DNA of 64,000 nt from Raillietiella orientalis (Eukaryota): the NCBI GenBank assembly GCA_036172245.1, contig JAYWIR010000038.1:620001-684000 (forward strand). The letters are read 5' to 3'. The notes beneath the pieces were generated by a model. The model was given only the letters and a program-made list of their open reading frames with translations, was not told where the DNA came from and did no database searches. Made by a program: the position numbers and the translations under genes. This document shows, piece by piece, positions 36,620 through 49,100 of this stretch (its first letter is position 1; each line of letters starts with the position of its first letter).

Positions 36620-38300
36620 CGTCACGGGAACAAATCGTTTCGTGAAGCTGAGAGTGCTTGGTATTGCTGTTACTGGTTATTCCTTATGAGCCGACCGTCC
36701 TCGTCACGAAGCGTACCGGGAAGCAGCTTGGAGCAACTCTTCAACTCAGAGCTTCTCGCTCCCTGGAAGTAGAGTTCGACCATCCCGAAAGGAGTCCAGA
36801 GAGCTTATCAGGAAAGGAAAGAACCGAAACAGCGTGCTCGAAACAGCTGAAGAGTACGATCCATATGCTCTTCCTCCTCTCCTCTCCTCCAAAGAATCGT
36901 CCGAGAATAGTCCGGGTCCTTGTGCCTCCGGTGCAGACATCTCTGCATTCCGTGGAATGGATGGGAAGGAAACGTCGCCGGAGTGCAAGCTCACGACCGG
37001 AACGGGCACGGATCATGGCAATGCGGAAGCGAAGAGATTCTAGCGGAAAGCCGAGATGGAAGGATTCCGTGAATGAGCTCCCCTGGATTCCCCCCGCAAT
37101 GGGACTGCAGGGGATGTGCAGTGGGGAACTTTTGAAACAGGGTTCCTCGATCGTTAGGAAAAGTGGTCGGCATCTTGAAGCTAAAACCTCCGAGGGCAGA
37201 TTCCAGGAAGGATTCAAGCAGAGGCAACTGGGAAGCTGATTGGCGGAGGGAGACGTGAGCATTCTGTTCCTCGGCTGCTGAAGAATTCCTGGATCTGAGG
37301 TGTGGAAAGATTTCACGCATGAGTCCGGGATCACGTCGTACGGGGTGACTCCACTGCTGTTAGGGAACGCAGTAGAACCCGGGAGGAGAAAAAAAAGGCC
37401 CATCTCCCCTGTGGACATGTCGCTTTTTGAAGCGGGGATGCACACCGAGCTCCCCCTGAAGTGACTTGAAGGTCAGGCGACGCGGAAGTGTGAAACTGCG
37501 GGAGCGTTCAGATGCACGCTGGGAACATCTCCGCTCAATGCACCCGCTTCCCAAGACACCTCCATAGCCGGATGATACTGAGTGGATGCCAGTCTCCGTG
37601 GGCAATCGGGTCCACCGCCTACGCGCAAGGAGCCTTCCCGAGGAATGCATCTTCCATTGGATAAGATCAAAGAGATAAGATCATTCGACGGAACCCTTGG
37701 GGGGGAGGTTTTTCATGCAAACCAGTCCAGACGGCACCAGAGGATGTTTCCCTGGAATCCAAGGATCTCCCAGGCACTTTCGGAACGGCCCTGCGGTACC
37801 TCGAGGAAGGCCCGCTTGCGCATTCCCGCTCCCGGACCTACGTATCGGATCGGCTTCCCGGCGAGGGAAGGGGAGTGAAGAAGATGACCCGAAGTCCAGG
37901 GAACGCACCCCCGTCTGCATTCAGGAGGGCTCGGAACCACCAGGAGGTCGGAGCCATAACCGGAAAGGCGATCTCCACTTTCGGAGAGGGCAACATCCCG
38001 GTATCCGCGGAATGCAGCAGGATAGGGTGTGCGTAGGGAAGCCTGTTGGCGTGCATTTGGTTTTCACCGAAGCTTACGGAAGCACCGCTCATTAGTCGAA
38101 GCCACACAGCGCCCTAGAATTTGGGTCGGTCCTACGACGGAAACCCCGAATGCCACGAGACCGAAGGTCATGGAAGTCTCGGCTTCTCCCGTTTACGTCC
38201 CCTCTTTTAACATCATACCCTGTTCAAAAATTTAGTTCCTCCAGTCTGGAGCGCGATCTAGGGCTTGGAACACTTCTAAAAGGGGATTGGATGTTTCTAC
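36620..38300 (+). mobile_element. Degenerate L1-like ORF2 remnant (EN tail to RT)
   Basis: 'LFNSELL' (cf. WKxNxSLL), 'KQLKSTIH' (cf. WExxKxxI), 'RPISPVD' (cf. RPISLLN), 'LPLDKIKE..FD' and 'FTEAYGS...RIWVG' in order. Confidence 0.45.
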
Positions 38301-39084
38301 AAGATGACTCAGGCAACTGATTAGGCAGCCTTCCCGTTGGGAAGCCCCCCCTCCTCCACGCGCTGACCAATAGAGAGGGTGGTCCTTGGTCTGCCCTGTC
38401 TTTGGAATGGGGGAAGGCTTCTGAAGTCACTAGACTAGGCTGTGCGGGATCCATCTCGACTCCCGGTAACCACAGAAGAGCGGCCCCAGGTACCTCCAGC
38501 GGAAGGTGGGACCGTGGAGGTTCCGCGCTCGGGGACGTCGAAGAGAAGGAAGCCAGAGCAGGATATGACTTCGTGGTGTTGGCAGGCAAGCTTTCGGAAG
38601 AAGGGATGTGACCTCTCGACGTTCTCCCAGCAGCCGAGTCCCGATTACTCCCGTTCCGGACAAGCGTACCTCGGATGACCTCCTTCCGGCACGGTGAGAG
38701 GGAAAGGGGAGGAAGAAGCATGTGAAACGAACGTCCCGGTCAAGAAAAGGTCATGCCTTGTGCGAGGCGGCGTCGCGAGGCAGGACTCTCGGTGGTGAAG
38801 GGTGGCGTGGTGGAGGTTGGTAAACGCCGGTTGGTAGGTGCGGTGTGCGGGGTAAATCCCCTGCCTCCCCAAGAAGATGGAGGGTCGTGCGTCGAAGGCG
38901 CATAAAGAAAGAAAGGGTGGAGGATGAGGGGGGTGGATCGCTTCTACGCATCCTGAATCCTCCTTCTCATCCCAGTGAGACGAGATGGGATGGCGGCGTG
39001 CGCCCAAAAGACCATCCGGGACAATCGGGAGGCGGTTCTCTGTAGGCACTGCCGATCTCCCGCTCCTGGATGCTGGGATCTCAG

Positions 39085-40735
39085 GGATGATGGAAATCCT
39101 TTGGGTTTCTTTCTTGTTTCCCTGCCTTCCTTCTAGTCTTTCTGTTTTTGTTTTTTTTCGGGTTTCCCTTTTTTTACGTTCGCAAAGAACTCGAGAGCCA
39201 TCTCCGTTCTCCCGGGGGCTCATGAAGTTCTTCTTCGAGCACCGTTCTCGTCACCCGTGTGTGTATTTTGACTCTTCAGGATGGAGGGCACCCTGAGAGG
39301 GGTCCACCCTGTGAATCCAGGAAGGGGGGGGGGAAGGAGTTCGTTCCTCTCTCACGATTGGGAGGGGAAAGCCCGAAGGGGACCCTTGCCCTGGTTTTCT
39401 CCGAGGAGAACCACAAAGGGAACTCACTATTCCTTATTTCCTCTGGAGAGACCCCCGGAGGGGTCCACTCCTTATTTCCTCTCCGAATTGAATCCGGAAA
39501 GGACCCGCTCCTGGAACTCTCCGGGGACAACCAGCTCGTTTCCTCCTTCTCTGAAGGGATCCCCGAAGCGACACTTCATGATTTCCTTAGAGAACGGACC
39601 CCCCCCCTGAAGGGAGCAGAGAGCTTCTTCCACACTCTGAAGAGGTATCAAGCCGCTCCATGGTACGCGATGGAAAGCTCCATTTCCACAACCGGAGGGG
39701 AAAAAACCCGGAGAGTCAGCTTCCAATCCCGGCCACTCAACGCTAGTTTTTTTCTCTTACCGGAAACAAAAACTAGGCGTGGACGACGAGCGAAGATCTG
39801 CATTAGCCCCCGGTGCTTATAGACACCCTCACCCTCCCCTTGAAGTGGCAGGAGCCTAACGTTGATGCAGCTGCTACACTGGGGCCTCCCGTGCAATGTT
39901 CGCTGGCATCGCTGGGGACGCGGGGAAGGGATGGACCCAAACAGTGCAAGGTGTAGGGAGCGGGAATCCCTCTCGCATCTGCTAGTGGACTGCGTTGCCC
40001 TCCTGTCCCTTTGAGGACTCTCTGCCGTACCCGTGGAATCCCCGGTGGCAACCTCAGAGATGTGCGACTCCTCTTTGTGTGGGATGCCTTGCAGCCAGCC
40101 GCAGCCCCAGCAGCACTTTGATGCCTCCACGGGATCGTGGCGGCGTGGAGCGACGCCAACGGAAGAACCAACCCCATGGACGCCATCCACTTTGCTCCTC
40201 GCTTTCTACGGATAGCAGTCAGATGATTCACCTGGATGATAACATGAAATAAGACCTTGCCTGCATCCTCCAAAGGATGCAGAGGACCTCCCTCAGTAGA
40301 CTGTGATCCCTTCCCGTACCCCCCCCCCCCCAGAATTGTTTTATTTTTGTTGGTTGGTCCCTTCCCTCTGCTGCTGCGGTGGATCTTACCGGTCTGCGAA
40401 CCAGTAAAACGGCAGGGTACATACAAAAAGGACGTAGTTGGACCACCGGTCCATCCATACAAACTGTAAATGTTTCTTTTATATTTGAGTAAACCCCCGG
40501 CGAACCCGGGTGAAAACTCAGCGGGAGCATCCGGCATCCCACCAGTGCCGCACCCGAAGAGGCCAACCAACGCCATCCTGCGGGGGAGAAGGAGAAGGCT
40601 CGAAATCCAGGACGCGTCCCCCCCTTCCCCCTCCTCCCGTTTTCGGTGCGTCAACTCTTCCCCTGGGCGGGATTCGAACCCGCGATGCCCGATGCCCCGC
40701 GCGCGGGGACCTCCGCAGCCTCACGGCCGGCAACG
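39085..40735 (-). mobile_element. SINE-U copy S8, split by opposite-strand L1-A copy A7
   Basis: Head GCGGGTTCGAATCCCGC at 40667-40683 (minus) running to about 40520; the body resumes at about 39742 and runs to about 39085. Confidence 0.8.
39743..40515 (+). mobile_element. L1-A copy A7 nested in SINE-U S8, with a candidate 8-bp TSD
   Basis: CCCCTTGAAGTGGCAGGAG (LPLKWQE), GGACGCCATCCACT, GGATGCAGAGGACC, UTR hairpin at about 40434-40458, end AACCCGGGTGAAA; flanked by ACTCAACG (39735-39742) and ACTCAGCG (40516-40523). Confidence 0.8.
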
Positions 40736-40899
40736 CGGGTGAAAGGGGAGGATGAGCTGCATGCGGTATCTCATATCAAAGGTCTTTTCCCCTACAGCTC
40801 GGACGAGATATCGCCAAGACAGAGGAGAGGGGTGGATGACCTTTATCGAATGACCCTCTGCACTACGGGAGGCGCGATCCGTCGAACAGCCGCTCCGGC

Positions 40900-42110
40900 G
40901 CGAAGCGGCCGATGAGGTCCTTGTGGCACCTCCTGTTCCCGATCAGGATCGACGGCCTGGAGGCGGTGAGCTGCTAAATCACCAGATCCAGGATTCCTCA
41001 CATTCTGCTCGCTGCAGATGAACCGATGGTCCGTGTCCTGCTTCGGGTACCTCTTCGAAACAGCCGCTTTCGCAGCGGCATCCTGCCTGACTTCTCGGCA
41101 CTTTACACAAGAGGATTCGGTCCACAGCTGACTCCTGAAACTGGGTGCGAGACGGTTGCTGCGCGAGGCTTGCGGACCGATGAGCCCGTGCATTCCTCAT
41201 CGTCTGTCCAACCTCCTCTTTGACCTGAATACTCTTCGAGGGGCAGATCTTCTGTATGCAGCGGCACGGAAATCACTCTGCCTCACTTGCCCATCTGCTC
41301 TTCGTTTCCTGATGGCACTTCCGCTGATGCGTTCTTGGCAGAGGTGCGTTGCTGATGATGAGACTCGTGGACTCCCGTGCGCTCGGTGTCGAAGCCACTT
41401 TCAGAGCTTTCTTCGGCGCGCCCTTGCCTCGTCTCAGACTGACGAAACTTTGAGAATGCCAGGAGGCGCGATTACCGCGAAAGAGCGGTCTCTCCAGCCA
41501 ACGCAATCGATGGCGCTGCGGTGTCGCCTCCTCTGGAGCTGACGGTCCCGAGCAGGTTTTCGACCACAGTCACTCTTCCGATGTCAGTCTCGGTCCACTT
41601 TTGCTCGCCAGGATTGCCAGAAGAGGCCCTTGAGGCCCTCTGCAACGGGCAAAGCTGAGGCAGGCAACCCCGAGGCGACCCAGCTCTCTAAGAAGCAGCG
41701 AAAGGGACTGCGCGGGACACCATACTGCAGCTGGGTGGTGCAACCGGGTGCAGGTGTTCCCGTCTGAATTTGGAACAAAACGGGCGATCTTCAAGCTTTC
41801 TTTCCGGAGGAAAAAAAAATTTGTTAGATCCTTGTACACCACACAGAAAGCTGCACAGTCTGGAACAGGGCATCTGCCGCATGATCTACGTGGAGGGATG
41901 TCACAAACCGGCTGAGGAGACGAACGAGCTCCGCCTCCATAAGTGGGCGTCTGATTCCACGCTGGAGAAGTTGACTTTCAGAACGCCTGAAGTCTCTGAC
42001 AAAAGCAGTGGGATTCTGCGCCGGATCACTGACGAAAAAGAAAGAAATTCACTGCAGATGACCATCAGCTCGCAGGCCGGCTTCCAAGTCAGGGGCGGGA
42101 GAGAAAGAAA
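40900..42110 (+). mobile_element. Degenerate L1-like RT and post-RT remnant
   Basis: 'RRLLREACGPMSPCI' (cf. RGLRQGCPLSP), 'RCVADDET' (cf. YADD), 'MPGGAITAKERSL' (cf. SGAxINxxKS) and 'FLSGGKKNLL' (cf. FLWxGKxxxV). Confidence 0.5.
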
Positions 42111-42189
42111 CAAATGAAGGACTAAAAAAAAGAAAAAGGGAGTAGAGTAGGGACGGGGATCCTTGGTTTTTTTCGCTACTCCTTTCTTC

Positions 42190-42900
42190 CTAGAGCTGGC
42201 ACTGAATTCTGGCGCTCTCTCTGGCGACTTCTTCTTGCAGGTTAGGCCACCTCGTATCCGTCCTCATCGATACGGCTGCCCTTTGGATGAGCTCCCTCCT
42301 CCGCAGACGCGACTCCGTCACGGAGAGAGTCGCTACGATGGCGCGGATGCAGAATCTCGGTGCAATCTCGGCACCTGTGGCGAGTCCGCCATGCGTGAAG
42401 AAGCACTGCAGCAAGTCCTTGTGGCACGGTGCCTTCCAGGTGGCGTATCGCGGGAGCCAGCCGCTGCCATGCGTCCTCCGGAGCACTGCAGTCCAATAGG
42501 AGATGCGGGACCGATTCCATCGCCTCTCGCCTCAAACAGTTCGAGGACACAACCCCTACTTCCTGGAACCAGACTCCTGCGCTGGTTGCATCGGAATCCC
42601 CGGTGCAGAAACAGCAGAGCGTTCCGTTTCCACCCCAGTGGGAACATGGAGACGTTCGCACACAGAAAATACCCACGCCACACTGACACAAGGTCTCTGA
42701 AGACAGCAGAATTCCCGGGAAGGAATCTTTCCTGCTCCACTTTCCTGCGATATCAAGACGCATCTGTGCTCCTGGACAAAGGCCTCTCTTGCGCGAATTC
42801 CCCAAGTGGTGGAACCGGCAGGCGAGGGGGAGGCGGAAGGGTCTGCGAAGGCGGAAGGGAGGTGGTCTCTGGACGCCCACTGATTCGCGCATCGCTTTGC
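42190..42900 (-). mobile_element. L1-like ORF2 C-terminal zf-RVT region (another subfamily)
   Basis: 'VWRGYFLCANVSMFPLGWKRNALLFLHRGFRCN' then 'SNCLRREAMESVPHLLLDCSAPEDAWQRL...VLLHAWRTR'. Confidence 0.8.
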
Positions 42901-43289
42901 AGCTTGCCCAGCCCATCATCTCCTGGTCTTCTTCTGAAGAACAAGGACGCCCTCCCCTTCTGAAAAAAGGGAGGCAAAGGCGAAGGGAACAATCACATGA
43001 TCAAAGTGTCTTTCGGTGCCACTGGGCGCCCGAGGAGTCCCGTTACTGGTCCGAAAGCGAAACTTCCGAAGGCAACCGCTTTCGACTTTTGACCTCACTA
43101 GCTCTGAAGCCGATGAAGTGGTGAAGGGAGGTCTATGGATGCCGTTCCTGCCAGTTTTCCCGGATCCGAACTCCAGGAAATCCAGCGGCATTCCTGGAAC
43201 TTTCCACGGAAGTGACCTCGCTCTTTCGTTTGATCACCCCGCATGCCTTCCCCTCCTCCTACCGGTACGCACTTCGGCCAGCAGCTTCT

Positions 43290-43722
43290 CTATCAGCACT
43301 TTGCTGCCTATGTGGGATCGTCGCTACCTGGAGCGACGCAAAAGGAGGGCACAGCGACAGGAGTGCCATATCCACTTCGCCGTCATGCTTCATGAGGACA
43401 GCAACGAGATGGCCCTACCTAGAGGACAGCATACAGCAAGAGATTGCCGGCATCCTCGAAAAGATGCAAAGGGCCGCCCCCAGCAGGAAGTGGCCCCTTC
43501 CCGCACCCCACCCCCAGCCTATCCCAAAGTTTGTTTATTTCTACTTTTTTTTCTTTTCGTTTGTCCTCTCTCCTCGGCTGCTAGGGCGGACATCACTGGT
43601 CTGCGCATCGGTAACGCGGCCAGTTTGATTTGAAGAGGACGTGGTTGGACCACCGGTCCAACCACAGAAATTGTAAATGTTTATTTATTTATAAACAAAC
43701 GTTCCGGCGCACCCAGGTGACC
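43290..43722 (+). mobile_element. L1-A copy A8
   Basis: 'FMRTATRWPYLEDSIQQEIAGILEKMQRAAPS'; perfect hairpin at 43641-43665; end CCGGCGCACCCAGGTGA. Confidence 0.8.
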
Positions 43723-43729
43723 ACTCCGC

Positions 43730-44550
43730 ATGCCTCGGGCGGGCATGATCTGCGACAGCACTCGCTCGGGGAGCTTTGACTCCCTCCTTACTCGGACGCC
43801 TCCCAGGCGAGCGGCCTCGACAAGTTCCTCTCATCTCTGTGGATGGACTATTGCCTGAGGACGGTCCAGTCATCAGACTCCAGAAGGAGGAGGATCACGA
43901 GTGCCCTCTGTCTGCTTGGATCGAGAGGGGGGTGGACATCCCCCTACGAAAGCGTTCCCTCCGTTCCCCCGAGGGAGACCAGTGCAGACCAGACCGGGGG
44001 AGAAAGGGAGGCCAATCTTCGATCCTGGTGCTGCTGCGGAAGGGTGGCTGGGTCCAGTCTCGAAGATGTGTGGAGACTCTGGGTGCAGCAGTGGGGGCCC
44101 CAGGGAAAAAGAACCCAGAAGTCACCTGGAACGCAGACCAGCCTCCGGCAGTAGAGGAAAACCTCGCCTTCGCGGTCCACCCTGCAGAGATATGCGGGCG
44201 ACCGCAGCGCACGAAGTGGGAGGAAGAGAGCGACGACGTAGCCGAGGGAACATCCTCGAGGAAGGGGGAGACGGCCAGCCCTCTGTGCTGCATCCGGTTC
44301 GACGAAAGCGAAATTTTCCTTCCCTTCTTCGGAAGGGAGGCAGGCCACTTTCCCTCTTCGGGGACCGCCGCCTCCCTCACAGAGAGGTGGGAGTGCCCTA
44401 CATAGGAAGTGAGGCGTGCACAAAAAACCCTCGGGTAGTCGGGAGCGAGAGGGAAACCCCGCTCCCACGCACCCGGAAACGCCTTCCTCTTCTCCCTTGG
44501 GAATGCTCGATGCTTCCCGAAGTCGCCGTCCAAAGGTAATCCTCTGGGAG
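43730..44550 (+). mobile_element. Degenerate L1-like RT remnant
   Basis: 'ISVDGLLPEDGPVIR...ECPLSA' (cf. VNGxxSxxFxVxRGxRQGCPLS) and 'WGPQGKRTQKS' (cf. SGxKxNxxKS). Confidence 0.45.
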
Positions 44551-45321
44551 CAGTGACGAGGCTGACAGAGGCTGCGAGTCCCCTAGGAACGGCGGCGGCA
44601 GCGCCATCTAGGAGGGGGAGGTGAGAACTCCCACGGCACGGGAAAGTCCCCAGCTCTGAAGAAGCAGCTCCCGATGACGAAACTCCTCTTCTTTTCCTTC
44701 CCCCCCCCCCCATCCTCTCTTCCCTTTTTCTCCCTCCCTCCTCCCCTCCCGTTTCTCTTTGCTTTCGTCTCTCTTCTTGCGGGAAGCGGGTTCTGTCTGG
44801 AGTCCCGCCGCCTTTCCCTCGGCAAACTCGAACACCAAAAATAAGCAACGGCTCCCTTTGAATGGGGAACCTGGGCGACGGCGAAGACGTTTCTCTCTCC
44901 TTGCGGGCCGCCGGATATGTTGCCGACTCTCACTGCTCGTCTTCGGCAGCATGGAAGCTGGAGATGGGAGGAGGCTCGTCACTCGTCGGGAGGGAGCGGG
45001 CGGAGGAGTCCGCCGATGACGGTAGAAGGGAGAGAGCTCCCGGGGAGGAGGGAATCGCGCAGGGGTGAAAAGAGCGAGGCTTCGGAAACCCGGCAGCTAC
45101 CCCCTCCCGATATCAAAGTGGGACCCGGATGAGTCGGATGCTCAGCAGCCTGTCCCCGCAAAGTGAGGCTGACGGAGGTTCCTGTGGCCCGAGGTTAAGA
45201 CGTAGGGGAGGAAATCGAGATGAGACCGAGAGTCCATCGCGAAACGGGGAGCCGGAGGGTTCGTCTGCCCCCGTGTACCGTCCATTGCACGCCAAAGGGA
45301 CCACCAAAAGAATCAGACCCG

Positions 45322-45530
45322 CGCCGGCGGCGCCATGCGGCTGCTGCTGCGTGCGATCTCCGCACGTGTGGCACAGCCAGGCGCCGCGGATTCGAATCCC
45401 GTCCGAGCAGAAGGGTCGACGCCAAGAAATGAGGAGAGCGTTGTGGGTTTTGAGTCCCCCTCCCGCAGGATGACTGGTTGGCCCGTATGCTTCTGGTGGG
45501 ATTCGGGTGCCAACGTCGGCACCGGAGTGC
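45322..45530 (+). mobile_element. SINE-U copy S9 (head only)
   Basis: GCGGATTCGAATCCCGT (45386), GAAGGGTCGACGCC, GCGTTGTGGGTTTTGAGTCCCC and CCCGCAGGATGA. Confidence 0.8.
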
Positions 45531-46519
45531 TGACGAGACGGAAGGAGGGAGCGGTCGAGATCTCACTGAGGATGGATCAGGATGTCTTCAAGACTCTGGA
45601 GCAGGGGTCACCGCCGTGTGATGCAAGTTGGGGGCATCCCGGCTTGGGAAGGTCGCTTACCTCTCATCCCGCAGTCCCGATGCGGCGGACGGAAGGGAAC
45701 GGTGACGTCCATGGGAAGCCGTCTCGTCTTCTGCCAACGCTACAGCATCGGGGGTTCCCTAGAGCTGTAAAGGCGCTGGCCGAAGACATGGAGTAAGAAG
45801 CAGCTGGTACAGAGCGAGGCGGATACGAGTCGATGAGGCGACGGAGCGGGCAATCTCCTACTCTGGACAGTCGACGTTCCCTTTCCTCAGGAAGGAGACA
45901 GCGCTGCGGGAAAGAGGGAGGAGACGAGTGGACCACTTCGAGTAGTGGTCCTCCACCCTGCCACAAAGATTTTCCCTCTCCTCCGGGTGTGCTCCTTCTT
46001 CCTCCATGCGCCTCGGATTTCCTCAGCCGCGCCTGTGGCTGAAGAACCTGCAGGGGGTCCAGAGATGCTCCTCCAGCAATCTAGGAGAATACATCCTGCG
46101 GGGGTTCCGCGGACGGTGGGGAAGGCTCCGGTTGCTGGGTTAGCCGGCGATGCGCAGGAATTCGCAAACAGCTCGTTCCCCAGGACAGACCTTTGTGGCC
46201 GCATCCGTAGCTCCGCCATTTCCAGCGTCAAAACTCCCATTCCAAAAGAATTCCGACTGAGAGCCGCAGTGCATTTTGACCGCTGGGTCTTTTCGCTCTC
46301 AGTTGCCTGCAGGACCTTACATGAGGAACAGCCCTTCTCATGGACGTAAAGGGTCAGAACTAGCACAAATAGGCACCCTGGAAGGTAGTCAACGAAGATG
46401 TTCCACTCTGAGACCGTCTTTGTCAAGAGGATGCACGGAGACGGGACGAGGGAACTTTCTCCTCGCCTTTCTGGATTCTCCTCTGCAGCCGGAATCACCT
46501 AATTCGGAATAGAATGGGA

Positions 46520-49100
46520 GGATTGGAACGCACTGACCAGCTCCGAGTCAGCCTGCCCACGAAGGCTCCCTCGCAACTTGCATTTCGGAGTGGAACATTT
46601 CGTTGCCCTTCGCCTGCAAGCGATGACGACAGCAGACGGCTCCCCGGAATAACGACGGTCACGCCCTTCCCCCACTTTGACGGTTACCGGGGCACGCAAG
46701 TGGCTGGGAATCGGGCCAGCGAGGAAGCAACCTGTGACCCCGGAGAAGCGAGCATCCCTTTGAGAAGGTCATGTGAGACAGCACTAGGGTGCTGGGGTCC
46801 CCTCAGGGATTCGTTCCCATTTCCGCAGACGCCTTCCTCTCGCCTTGGTGGAGCACATCCCTTGGGTTCCTCTTCGCCGAGGCACGGCGACGTTCCTGGG
46901 TTCAGAGGAGGCCTCAGGGCACCGGCAAAGGCGCGGCGTTCCCGTGAGGAAGGGAGAGGACGCGATCCCGAAGTCTTCTGGGGAATTCCCGAGGGGATCG
47001 GCTCCGCCGTGGTTGACCTGAAAGTGGTCCTTAGGCGTGACGTCGTTCTCCGGAAGCGGCATTCGCCGCTCGACGACAGGCATGGGGACTCCCATGATCC
47101 GGTAGGTCACCTCACACGCTGCGGGAGAGCTTTCGGTCTCTCCCTGATCCCGCCGATGCGGAAGGGGACTGGCTTCTCAAGGCTGGATCCTAGGGTCGCC
47201 GGGGGATCAAGCGTCGTCGAGTATCCCGCCCTGGGAGGGGGGTTCCCCAAGAGATCAGTTCCATTGCTGTTTGCGGGGGCGGTGACTCTTCAGAAGCATC
47301 TCTTTTGCCTGGTGGTTCCCACTGTCACATGTTTCCTTCGAGCAGTGGCGACCCTGTAGACGCGGCGCCAACAGCGACGCAGAAGGTGGTGCTGATCTCC
47401 CTCGCCCTCTCCTGAGACTGCGTGAAAGGATGAGCACAGGTCCTTCGCTGCTGCATTCCTCTGTGAGAACACTTCCGGAGGCGCGGGACATCTACTGAAG
47501 TCTCCTCGGTGGATGTCTCCTGCCTCGCCATCGGCGTCAACCTCCAGAACGGTCCGTCCAGAGGATGCAGCCCAGTGACCAGGAGAAAAACTAGGATCAC
47601 CCTCTGGAAACCACATCCATTATGGCAGATGAACTTTAGACTTCTTCCTGTCCTGGATATCTGGAGGTTCAGATGGAGAGTCTTACACGAGATGCCGATC
47701 ACCATGACGCCGGCTCCCGTGGCGTCTGACCCCGGGCTCGTCTCAGTGTTGGACGCTGTGGCTACTGCACCTTCCACTTGCTCTTCAGACTGGGTTGCCG
47801 AACCGCCACAGCAGTCCCACGAAAGTCAGGCCGGTCCACTCGCGGCTCCCTCCCCGTGCCCTGGGCGAGTCCCTCCATTGCCCCCCCGATCCTCCTCAAC
47901 GCGTCGCTCCGTGGATGCTGAGATGCCTCCGCGGTGGCGAATCCCTGCGCTCATGCGCCTGCTGCCACCGAGGAGGATATTTGCCGCCGGCCTCTGGGTC
48001 GTTCGGCGCGCAAGGACCGCTCCTGCGCCGTTCGGGAAGAGCCACACGGCGGTGTTTGCGTGTGGATCCACTCCCGACCTTCTCAATGGAAACGGTGCCG
48101 CATGTGGAGCGAGGTTCAGGTCTTGGCGGCGTTCACTCCACGGATCGCAGCGCGGATGCGAAAGATCATTCAAGCCGTTCAAGGATCGATCCTTTAGCAT
48201 CCGTTTAGCATAGGCAAGGAGCGAGTCCTTCTCGTTACGCACCTCCCCACCCCACCTCCGCGACCTCTTGCGACTTGGTGCCTGACAGGAGCCGATCATC
48301 CTGAACCTTTGCATCCGTGCGTTTAGCGAAGGGGACGGTCGAGGCGCGGGTTGACATCCTTCCTTCAGGGAGGCAGCCCTTCGGGCAAGGGGGGAAGGGG
48401 ACGAGTGGACCCACCCACCTCATCCCACTCCTAGGGTGCTAGATTCTCTAGTGTCCCTGGGGTAGCCTGGAGCGACTTGCGTGCCGTTTCCTCTGCTGAG
48501 AAGATCAGTCTTCCCCTCCTTCCCTCTCTCCCTGCAGGATTCGACGGTGTCCCTGGGGTAACGCAACTCGTTCAGGGGCCCTGTTCGTTCTTAGGATCCC
48601 AAGATCCTAAGGTATGCGGGTCGTCTTCAGTATCCGCCCGGCGATGGACTGTGACCTTTTTTTCTTCGGGCCCTTTCCAATGACACTTCGTTCGAATTGG
48701 TAGAGCCCGAGGAAACAAAGGTGCCTCTAAAAGCAGAAAATGTGACTGAAAGGGAATCGTGTCTAACACATGTAGCGAGTTGGGAGACGCGGCGACACTC
48801 CTCCGACGAGACGGACGAGCGACTGAAGGTGCTCTGCGGCAGGAACAGCCGCCCTGGACCGGCGGCGGCGATGGAAGGGCAGCAGGGGAACGCAGCATCG
48901 ATCGCGCTACCCCAGAGGGTGCGGAGGACTGGAGGGCAGCCGCGCCGACTTCGCTCTCCGTGACCCGGTCGAGCCGAACGGCTGTCAGAAGTGATTCCGT
49001 GCGAGAAGACGGAGAGAGAGAGGAGCCCGGGAGGGAGAAGCTCTGGACCCTGGTAGAAAGCTGCAAGCATCTCTTTCGGTAAGGCTCGGACGAAGCCACC
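46520..49100 (-). mobile_element. Long, heavily degenerate L1-like ORF2 remnant
   Basis: 'KFICHNGCGF...VTGLHPLDGPFWRL' (RT QGxPLS region) and 'VTYRIMGVPMP' (post-RT); weak motifs only. Confidence 0.35.
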
